Shown here piece by piece: positions 57,142-64,000 of a stretch of 64,000 nt of DNA. The stretch lies in NCBI GenBank assembly GCA_041659325.1, contig JBAZYN010000002.1, positions 270,082-334,081 of the forward strand. Reading direction: 5' to 3'. This stretch comes from Candidatus Shapirobacteria bacterium (GTDB lineage: Bacteria > Patescibacteriota > Microgenomatia > UBA12405). A program made the translations under genes and the position numbers. Each line of letters starts with the position of its first letter. Position 1 is the stretch's first letter. A model generated the notes under the pieces. It was given only the letters and a program-made list of their open reading frames with translations. It was not told the DNA's origin and did not search any database.

Positions 57142-57853
57142 CTTTAAAATAGTTTACACGAATTTGTAACAACTCCGATAAAGAGCGGAAGATGTCTTTT
57201 AAGAGATGAACTTTGGTATTTGGTTCGTCGGCCCAGATGACAGACTTTTCAGCAATGGAAAAATTAAGACGGGAAGCCAAAAAGATAATTTCACTATCAA
57301 AGCCCCAACGGGGGATGGTCATAAGGCGGCCAATGGTTTGATAGGCCGGTTTACTAAAAGCTTTAAAACCACAGGTAAAATCAGTTACATTGGTATTTAG
57401 AATTATTCGGGATAAAAGAGTGAAACATTTACCTAAGTTTTCACGGAGCCATGGCTGATGTTTGATAACAGTGGAATGACCGTTTTTGCGGGTGCCAAGG
57501 ATAACGGAAGTGTTGGCACTGATAAAAGGAATAAATTTTTTGATTTCGGAAAGGGGGGTGGACATGTCGGCATCAAAGAAGAGGGCATAGTCGGAGGTGG
57601 CGGCCAAAAAACCCTGTTTGATGGCAAAACCTTTGCCCATGTTTTTTGGATAGGAAACAATTTTTTTGGGAAACTTGATTTTGGCGGATTTGAGTAGGGC
57701 TAAAGTCTTATCGGTGGAACCATCGTTGATAAAGATAACTTTGGTTACTTTGAGATCTTTTGGAGCGGCGAAAGAATTTAGGGCTGAAACAGTGGAACTC
57801 AGACGCATTGATTCGTTGTAGACGGGAATGATAAAGTCGATAGTTTTGGTCAT
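57071..57853 (-). CDS. Glycosyltransferase family 2 (polyprenyl-phosphate sugar synthase, DPM1/GtrB-like)
   Basis: FIIPVYNE…FINDGSTDKT…FFDADMS (DxD-like) fits the GT-A fold. Confidence 0.8.
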   Translation of the reverse strand: MTKTIDFIIPVYNESMRLSSTVSALNSFAAPKDLKVTKVIFINDGSTDKTLALLKSAKIKFPKKIVSYPKNMGKGFAIKQGFLAATSDYALFFDADMSTPLSEIKKFIPFISANTSVILGTRKNGHSTVIKHQPWLRENLGKCFTLLSRIILNTNVTDFTCGFKAFSKPAYQTIGRLMTIPRWGFDSEIIFLASRLNFSIAEKSVIWADEPNTKVHLLKDIFRSLSELLQIRVNYFKGVYQLKAKNYKSPGLCCCLASFN

Positions 57854-57989
57854 GGGGGTAGGGTAGAGGAGCGTTTCGTTCCGATTTTAGTCGGAACTCA
57901 TCAGGTCCATCAATAGGACGACGCTAACCTAATTTCTTCTTCTCTCTCTTTCTCTTTTTTTTCTTTCTTTTTTCTTTTTTTCTTTCCTG

Positions 57990-58800
57990 CCGGGCCCGGA
58001 GGAGATTGACATATGTCAGCATCTCCTCCGGGAGTGGGTGGCCTTTTAGGCTACTTCCACCAGATGGTGGCTTCGCCGAAGGTCAGGCCCGAGCTGTAGG
58101 GTTTCTCGCCCTTGTCAACGGTCGGTTGCTCACCGGCGATCGAGGTCCAGGCGGCTTCGCCGTCCCACAAGTTCACGTTACCCGCGGTAAAGACACCAAG
58201 GGGGAACTTGAACTTTTCGCTTTCGTCGCGCGCCGCGAGCACTTTCCAGGCGGGCTGGACGGTGGCGTTGTCGGCCGGGTTCGTCTGGAGACGCTGGACG
58301 CGGTTCACGGGAATGCCGAGCTTGTCGGCGATGTCGCCAGCCGTATTCCCTTGCGGGTCCTTGCCATCCCAGATGGGATTGGCTTGGGCCGGAGCGGCGG
58401 TCGGAGCGACGGGCACAGCGGTCGGAGCGGCGGCGGGCACGGTCGTGGGCTCGGCGAGGGCCGGAGCGGCGGTAGGTGCGACGGGCACGGGTGTCGCGGG
58501 TACGACGGGGGCCGTGTAGCACGGGTAAGTCGCGCCGTCAACCGTCACAGAGTCCGGAGCCGGGTTACGATCGCACGAGATGGCGACCTTTTGCGCCAGT
58601 GTCAAAGCCGGGGCCGGGGGGGTCCTGAACCAAATGGCCCACACCGCTACACCAATGAGAACGACGATCAACGCATAGACCCAGAACGGCAGACGGTTTC
58701 GATACACCAAGGGACTTGCGGTCATTTTTTGCCTCCTTAAGGCAGAACAATATAGCCCGACCCACTTTGTGAGTTGGCTCTGAACATTACTTTTGGATTG
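57990..58800. other. High-GC (~65%) compositional island
   Basis: Sharp GC shift from a ~43% background. Bounded at the 5' side by a polypyrimidine tract plus the palindrome CCGGAGGAGAT…ATCTCCTCCGG, and at the 3' side by an AATTACGA array. Confidence 0.7.
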
Positions 58801-58812
58801 GGATTCTCCCAA
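58051..58812 (-). CDS. Membrane-anchored Pro/Ala/Thr-rich protein with LysM-like segment (on the GC island)
   Basis: Transmembrane helix LPFWVYALIVVLIGVAVWAIWF, a PAPT-rich linker, then a LysM-like GDIADKLGIPVNRVQRLQTNP. Codon usage is GC3-rich. The antisense ORF 58006..58740 is rejected. Confidence 0.45.
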   Translation of the reverse strand: MGESQSKSNVQSQLTKWVGLYCSALRRQKMTASPLVYRNRLPFWVYALIVVLIGVAVWAIWFRTPPAPALTLAQKVAISCDRNPAPDSVTVDGATYPCYTAPVVPATPVPVAPTAAPALAEPTTVPAAAPTAVPVAPTAAPAQANPIWDGKDPQGNTAGDIADKLGIPVNRVQRLQTNPADNATVQPAWKVLAARDESEKFKFPLGVFTAGNVNLWDGEAAWTSIAGEQPTVDKGEKPYSSGLTFGEATIWWK

Positions 58813-59211
58813 TAAGATGTATTCACTACACTAGTGATACCGTGCTGGATACAAATCAATTACGAATTACGAATTATTAATTACGAATTACAAAAGCCAC
58901 GAAGGTTGATTTTGATTTGATATCCAAAACGGTATCACCAGAGTGATGCCCAAGGAGAACAAAAAAGATTTTGAGAGATATGAAGAAATTAGGTTTTTAA
59001 AGAACAAATTGGCGAAATCTTGATCTACGCTTTGTAGATGTTGATAACTGCCAAAGGAGAATTGGGGGGTACAAAGTCGGGTTGCCCCGTCATACTCCCC
59101 ATCTCTCCTTTAACAATTATTGTCTATTTTTAAATGTGCTTCAAATAAACTGCGTCTACGGCCTATATTATAACCTATAACTAATTTTATGTCAAGTTAT
59201 AGGTTAGTAGG

Positions 59212-59463
59212 TTATTTCCAGGTTGAGGCATAACCTTTGTCGGCCATACAGACAGCGTAGATTTGTTTTTGTGGAGCGATGCTTTTGATATTTTTTTCGA
59301 TGTCATTGAATTCATAGGTTCCTGAGCTTTTCAGACATTCGGAGACGGCATCATTTTTTAGCTGTTGTGCCTTGAGGGTGACAAAGGAAGTAAAGAACAG
59401 ATATAAACCGGCAAAGACAAGAACGGTTTTTAATATAGAAGATAATATTGTTTCTAATTTCAT
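59212..59463 (-). CDS. Small secreted/membrane hypothetical protein
   Basis: 83 aa with an N-terminal signal peptide-like segment. Confidence 0.3.
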   Translation of the reverse strand: MKLETILSSILKTVLVFAGLYLFFTSFVTLKAQQLKNDAVSECLKSSGTYEFNDIEKNIKSIAPQKQIYAVCMADKGYASTWK

Positions 59464-59580
59464 GACCTATATTGTAATACGAGAATCCTATAATATCAAG
59501 GGGGGAAGTAAAAGATACATTTTTGTAATCAGTAATTGGTAATCAGTAACCTGTAATTTGTAAAAAGGTTATAGGGATAT

Positions 59581-59610
59581 AAAAACTCCCCGCATGAAGC
59601 GGGGAGTTTC
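59581..59610 (-). terminator. Intrinsic terminator downstream of the LPXTG protein gene
   Basis: aaaaaCTCCCCGCatgaaGCGGGGAGttt: hairpin followed by a U-tract on the minus strand. Confidence 0.55.
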
Positions 59611-59630
59611 GGATTAAGAATATATGTGGC

Positions 59631-60230
59631 TTAGTAACCTCGGGCGAATCTACGACCAAATAGGGCAATCCCAATCAGGGATACACCGATTGTGGTACCC
59701 AAGACTAATTGGTTTGTACCGGTGGCAGGTAAACCGCCGTTGTCGGAGGATTTTTGAATTTCTTTGGTGCCGTTGTTGGTAAAGAAGTAGGTCCAATCTT
59801 TGCCTTCGGTACCGATTTCGGTTTTGGCATAGGCAGAGATTTCGCTTTTGGTAACGGCTTGGTTGACAAAAGGCTTGTCTTTGACGGTGACCGTAACGTA
59901 CTTGACAACCTCGCTGCCGGGATTAATTTCCGGAATGGTATAGGTGAGGGGATCGGAGGTGGTCAAAACCGAGGGAAGGGTTTGGGTTACTTTTGTTTGG
60001 GTTTGAGTACGGTTGCCCAAATTTTTGACCGTAATCTGAACCTGGAATTTATCACCCGGACCAAAAAGGACTTTGTCCTGTTCAAGGTTGTTTACCCAGA
60101 TAGAATCGGCAAAACCTTTGGCTTTTAGGTCGACTTCGATTTTGCGGTATTCTTCGTCGGCAAGAACTGGAGAAATGGAATTAAGAGAAAATAACAGAGC
60201 AAGAACAAAGGCGGCAATATTTTTCCTCAT
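59631..60230 (-). CDS. LPXTG-motif cell-surface protein (sortase substrate)
   Basis: Signal peptide; C-terminal LPATG, then a hydrophobic segment and an RRFARGY tail. Confidence 0.7.
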   Translation of the reverse strand: MRKNIAAFVLALLFSLNSISPVLADEEYRKIEVDLKAKGFADSIWVNNLEQDKVLFGPGDKFQVQITVKNLGNRTQTQTKVTQTLPSVLTTSDPLTYTIPEINPGSEVVKYVTVTVKDKPFVNQAVTKSEISAYAKTEIGTEGKDWTYFFTNNGTKEIQKSSDNGGLPATGTNQLVLGTTIGVSLIGIALFGRRFARGY

Positions 60231-60446
60231 ATGTTTATTAAAATGATTAATAAATTATAATATGGGTTATTATATATCCAAAAAATGTGGTGTCAAATGA
60301 TAAATCAATTACGAATTAAATCAAAATCCACCCCTAACCCCTCCTTTGAGTAAAGGAGGGGGCACTAGTTTTAAAGTCTCCCTTGTCAAAGGGAGAGGCG
60401 GCGAAGCCGAGAGGGATTTTGATTGGGACAAGATTGCCGCGTTACT

Positions 60447-61328
60447 TTAGAGGGATTTGAGGAAGGCGGAAAGGTCGTCTTTGTAGTCGGGGTGTTTTAG
60501 AGCCAGGACAATGTTGGCTTTGAGCCAGCGGAGAGGGTCGCCAGTGGTCATCCAGGTACCATTTTTGATCTCCTGGGCCATTACGACATCGGTTTGGGCA
60601 AGGGTATTGTTGGCATCGGTGAACCAAAGCTCATTTTCCCTAGACAGGCCTTGTTTGTCCAGAACCGGGAATATTTTGGCTCCGGAAACGACAAAGCGGC
60701 CGCCTTGGGCAAAGGTGCTGGGGGCCTGATCACCGGGAAGTTTTTCTAAAGCGGCGGAGACCCGCTGAGGGTACATAGGATCGTCGATAAATTTTATAGA
60801 GCCATAACGACCGATTTCTGCCCGGGAGACATATTGTCCGCCCAAAAGTGAGGCCGGTTGATATTTTTCAAAAATTTCGATGAGCTCTTTTAAATATTGG
60901 CCGGGAGTGGACTCGACGGTTAGATCATCACCGTACATATAGACGAAGGGGTCGGAGCCGATGAAATGGCGGCAAGCCAGAATGGGAGAGCCGGTGCCAT
61001 AGGGTAGACTCGGGTCTTGAAAAATAAAGCTAAGTTTGGCGGAGTTTCGGATTTGTTTTAAGCTATCTAGGTAATCGAGCTTGTTGGTGCCGGTGAGATA
61101 AAGGTCTAGCTCGGGGTCGGGAGAGAAATATTTTTCAATTGCTGTTTCGCCCTGGCGCTGAACAACCATGATGTTGGTGATACCGGCGCCGATGGCTTCT
61201 TCGACCAGAAGCTGGATGTTGGGCTTGGAAAGGAGGGGAATAAGCTCTTTGGGATAGGCCTTAACTACCGGTAAAAAACGAGTGCCCCGGCCGGCGGCGG
61301 CGATGATGGCTTTGGTGACTTTGGTCAT
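60447..61328 (-). CDS. galU: UTP--glucose-1-phosphate uridylyltransferase
   Basis: AIIAAAGRGTRFLPVVKAYPKELIPL matches the GalU N-terminus. Confidence 0.82.
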   Translation of the reverse strand: MTKVTKAIIAAAGRGTRFLPVVKAYPKELIPLLSKPNIQLLVEEAIGAGITNIMVVQRQGETAIEKYFSPDPELDLYLTGTNKLDYLDSLKQIRNSAKLSFIFQDPSLPYGTGSPILACRHFIGSDPFVYMYGDDLTVESTPGQYLKELIEIFEKYQPASLLGGQYVSRAEIGRYGSIKFIDDPMYPQRVSAALEKLPGDQAPSTFAQGGRFVVSGAKIFPVLDKQGLSRENELWFTDANNTLAQTDVVMAQEIKNGTWMTTGDPLRWLKANIVLALKHPDYKDDLSAFLKSL

Positions 61329-61343
61329 AGTGGGGGTAAAGTT

Positions 61344-62225
61344 TTAAAGTGATTTTTTCATAAATTCTATTAGGCTATCTTTGAATTCCGGGTGCTTTAG
61401 GGCCATGGTGATATTGGCCTTGAGCCAACGAAGAGGATCACCGGTGGTCATCCAAACACCGTGCGGCAGCTCCTGGGTTAAAACAACATCATTTTTGGCC
61501 AGATAATTGTTGGCATCGGCTAACCAGAGCTCTCCCTTGGAGGTTTTGGTGTTTTGCAAAGTTTCAATGTATTTTGCCGACAGAACAAAACGTCCACCGA
61601 CACCAAAAAGTGACGGGGCTTCTGAAGCCGGGAGTTTTTCGAAAATGGCAGAGGCACGATGGGGATATTTGGGGTCGGGAGTATATTTTACGCTCCCGTA
61701 GCGGACAATTTCGGGGGCGGGAACTTCTTCGACGGCAGCGACCGCAGCAGGCTGGTATTGTTCGTAGGTGGCAATCATTTGAGAAAGAAAAGTGCCGGGA
61801 GTGTCTTCGATGTGAAGGTCGTCGGCGAATAAATAGACAAAAGGATCGGTGCCAATAAAATCTTTGGCAACCAGAATCGGGACACCGTTGCCGTAGGGAA
61901 AATCTTTGGTTTGAGGTAGGAACTGGATTGAATTGAACTTGGAAACAAGCTCATGCCATGAAGCCATAGCGGCAACTTTTCCGGTTTCCTGAAGATATGC
62001 TTCAAGCTCCAGATCGGGAGTGAAATATTTTTTGAGGCTGTCTTCGCCCTCACGGTGGACAATACAAATATCGGTAATGCCGGCGCCGGCTAGTTCTTCG
62101 AGAATATAGTGGATCTGGGGTTTGTCCAAAATAGGGACCATTTGTTTGGCAAAGGTTTTGACGGCGGGAAGGAAACGGGTAGACCAACCTCCGCAGGCGA
62201 GAACGGCTTTGGTGATTTTTGACAT
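61344..62225 (-). CDS. UTP--glucose-1-phosphate uridylyltransferase paralog
   Basis: AVLACGGWSTRFLPAVKTFAKQMVPI. The C-terminus is conserved with the adjacent galU. Start taken at MSKITKAV; the track ORF extends to 62297. Confidence 0.78.
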   Translation of the reverse strand: MSKITKAVLACGGWSTRFLPAVKTFAKQMVPILDKPQIHYILEELAGAGITDICIVHREGEDSLKKYFTPDLELEAYLQETGKVAAMASWHELVSKFNSIQFLPQTKDFPYGNGVPILVAKDFIGTDPFVYLFADDLHIEDTPGTFLSQMIATYEQYQPAAVAAVEEVPAPEIVRYGSVKYTPDPKYPHRASAIFEKLPASEAPSLFGVGGRFVLSAKYIETLQNTKTSKGELWLADANNYLAKNDVVLTQELPHGVWMTTGDPLRWLKANITMALKHPEFKDSLIEFMKKSL

Positions 62226-62353
62226 GTTTTTTTGGAATAAATTAATATGGGAGCAGAAACAAAGGGATGCTTTTTGTGGACTACCTGAGCATACCATAAA
62301 AATTTTTGATAAAACTACAAGAGTATTGTGGGTAGAAATGCTATATTTAATAA

Positions 62354-63268
62354 GTGGCGTTTAAAAATGCTTTTGTCTTGTTATTGGGTTTTATTGTAGT
62401 ATCGGTATTGGTTGATTGGTACATCATAAATTTCCCGGCCGACAGGGTAGATAAATTTTTTTCGGAGCTGCCGGGGCTGATTGAGGATGGTTTTTTGAAT
62501 ACAGTGGCCGATGATACGGTAATCGAGATGAAGGCGGGCAAACTTAGGATTAATAGGGAAAATCCGTATTGCCTGATTATTAATAATAAAACCAGAGACG
62601 GGATTGTTTTTGATTCGGAAGCATTGAGGGAAGTGATTGCTTCGGGAGGTGGCGGGAAATATGATGAATTGTGTCACCCGGTGGTATTTGCCGGGAAAAA
62701 CTATATATCGTATCTTGGCCAGGACGGGGAATATGTTTTGGAACAGCCCTCCGAGATGCTAAATTTTAGTTTGTCAAAGAATAAGCTTGGGAGCATGATT
62801 TCTACCTATTTGCCCCAGATAATTGCCGGAGGGAAGACGGTTTACTTGGTACTTCCGTGGGTGATGATTCCCGGATATGTGATATTTTTGATGTTAAAGG
62901 TTTATTGGTATGTTTTTGTGGTTAGAATGGCACTTAAGGTTTACAAGGTGAGAGGAAATTTTAATTCAAAGGAGCTTTATCCGATGGTGATGTTTGTGGC
63001 GGCGGTGTGGTATTGGGTGAAGTGGTTAATAATTCAGGTGGTGATGAATTATGTGGGGGGGCAGAGAATCAACACAAATATTTTGTTTTTTAATACGATT
63101 TTGATTACGGTGGGATCGATATTTTTTGTGCAAAATTTTAGCTTGGGGAGAGGAGAGACTATAATTTCTATGCCCGATAAGGAAAAGCGGAAGACCGGGG
63201 AATCCGGGGGCGAAGTCAGAGTAGAAAGAAAATTAAGGCAGGCAGTTAAGGAGATACCTTTGGAGTAG
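62354..63268 (+). CDS. Hypothetical polytopic membrane protein
   Basis: 304 aa with multiple hydrophobic helices. Confidence 0.4.
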   Translation: MAFKNAFVLLLGFIVVSVLVDWYIINFPADRVDKFFSELPGLIEDGFLNTVADDTVIEMKAGKLRINRENPYCLIINNKTRDGIVFDSEALREVIASGGGGKYDELCHPVVFAGKNYISYLGQDGEYVLEQPSEMLNFSLSKNKLGSMISTYLPQIIAGGKTVYLVLPWVMIPGYVIFLMLKVYWYVFVVRMALKVYKVRGNFNSKELYPMVMFVAAVWYWVKWLIIQVVMNYVGGQRINTNILFFNTILITVGSIFFVQNFSLGRGETIISMPDKEKRKTGESGGEVRVERKLRQAVKEIPLE

Positions 63269-63277
63269 AATGGGAAT

Positions 63278-64000
63278 ATGCCAAAGAAATTAGGAGTAGT
63301 GTTGGCCGTAATGGTTGTTTTTGTAATGGGCGGTGTTTTGGGGTATTTTTATAACCAGAGGATAGTCTCAAAGTCTGAAAGTCTTGGAGTCTCAAAGCCT
63401 GAAAGTGATAAATATGTTTTGTTTGTGGACGAAGTGTTTGCGGTGATAAAGGAAAACTATTGGAACGTACTGACTGAGGAGCAACTGGCGAAAGTGTTTG
63501 CCCTGGCCACCGAAAAAATTACCAGTCAGCCGGTGGGAGGAAAGATCGAGAGCCGGGCGGCGGTGACGAAAGTGACCCAAGAGGTGTTGAAGAACTACGA
63601 TACCGAAGACAAAAAGAAACAGTTTTGCGGAACCTTGGCGGATATGGTGTTGTCGAACCTGGAACCATTTGGAAGGAGCCGACTATATACAATCAAGGAG
63701 GAGAAGGCGCTGAGCGACAATGTAAACAACAAAAATCCGGCAGTTGATAGATACGAGGAATTAGGGGTAGGTAAGGAGGCAAGCGAGGCGGCGATAGCGG
63801 AGGCGTTTAAAAAGAAACCGGAGGCCCAAAAGGCCTATGAGGTTTTGTCTGATCCGGAGGCAAAAAAAGTATACGATGTATCGGGGGCGGAGCCGACAAT
63901 TGAATATAAGCTGTTGAGCCCCAAGGTGTTTTATATGCACATTACCAAGTTTTCGCCGTTAACTTTTGATGAATTAAAACGAGTGACGGAGAAGGCTGAC
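63278..64000 (+). CDS. Hypothetical membrane-anchored protein, 3'-partial (runs off the window end)
   Basis: ATG at 63278, no stop before 64000. N-terminal transmembrane segment, AAGTCTNA-derived SKSESLGVSKPES, and a J-domain-like stretch that lacks the HPD motif. Confidence 0.45.
   Translation, partial: MPKKLGVVLAVMVVFVMGGVLGYFYNQRIVSKSESLGVSKPESDKYVLFVDEVFAVIKENYWNVLTEEQLAKVFALATEKITSQPVGGKIESRAAVTKVTQEVLKNYDTEDKKKQFCGTLADMVLSNLEPFGRSRLYTIKEEKALSDNVNNKNPAVDRYEELGVGKEASEAAIAEAFKKKPEAQKAYEVLSDPEAKKVYDVSGAEPTIEYKLLSPKVFYMHITKFSPLTFDELKRVTEKAD

Noticed and set aside
58006-58740. Plus-strand 244-aa Arg/Gly-rich ORF on the high-GC island
   Set aside because: It is a typical antisense artefact of GC-rich DNA. 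The minus-strand ORF with a transmembrane helix and LysM-like motif is the more plausible gene.
1-64000. Search for tRNA/rRNA genes (T-loop GTTCGAATC-like motifs, cloverleaf candidates) in all spacers longer than 80 nt (e.g. 2997-3310, 4568-4856, 7582-7949, 57854-58000)
   Set aside because: No convincing tRNA or rRNA signature was found by eye. The 300-nt spacers at 2997-3310 and 4568-4856 remain unexplained and could hold ncRNAs, which could be checked with tRNAscan/Infernal.

Overview
The window reads as a compact, moderately low-GC (~43%) bacterial chromosome segment. Its character is Patescibacteria/CPR-like: overlapping genes, a 23S-IVS-type four-helix-bundle protein, GT-C/GT2/GT4 surface-glycosylation genes, an LPXTG protein and few biosynthetic genes. 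Most genes are housekeeping. Cell wall and shape: mreB, murB, ddl, a murF-like ligase, alr, tagA-like and an MBOAT+SGNH pair. Recombination: ruvC, ruvA, ruvB. Translation and transcription: secE, nusG, rplK, rplA, and separately rplJ, rplL. dNTP metabolism: nrdR with B12-dependent nrdJ, a PduO-type adenosyltransferase, thyA, a DHFR-like gene, dCMP deaminase, dcd, tmk, glyA and pyrG. Sugar activation: manC and two tandem galU paralogs. Several features stand out. (1) A prokaryotic viperin-like radical-SAM gene (pVip) sits next to an unusual NDT/SLOG-like protein fused to a ribbon-helix-helix tail; the two genes share an upstream motif. (2) Families of 8-nt-periodic tandem microrepeats (AAGTCTNA, AATTACGA, GGTAATTG/CTGTAAAC) occur intergenically and, remarkably, in frame inside many housekeeping genes. 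A further family of GC-rich hairpin elements includes one in-frame copy in murB. (3) A RAYT-type HuH tyrosine transposase is flanked by REP-like palindromes, with a ~65-bp duplication of the neighbouring SPFH gene's 3' end and a nearby patch of gene fragments. (4) A ~0.8-kb island of ~65% GC encodes a LysM-like membrane protein. (5) A duplicated pair of small Cys-rich ORFs interrupts the normally tight rplK-rplA junction. (6) A cobalamin-riboswitch-like element lies within the B12/RNR neighbourhood. No rRNA, tRNA or CRISPR array was found. Coordinates given for non-ORF features are hand-counted and approximate (about +/-2 nt).
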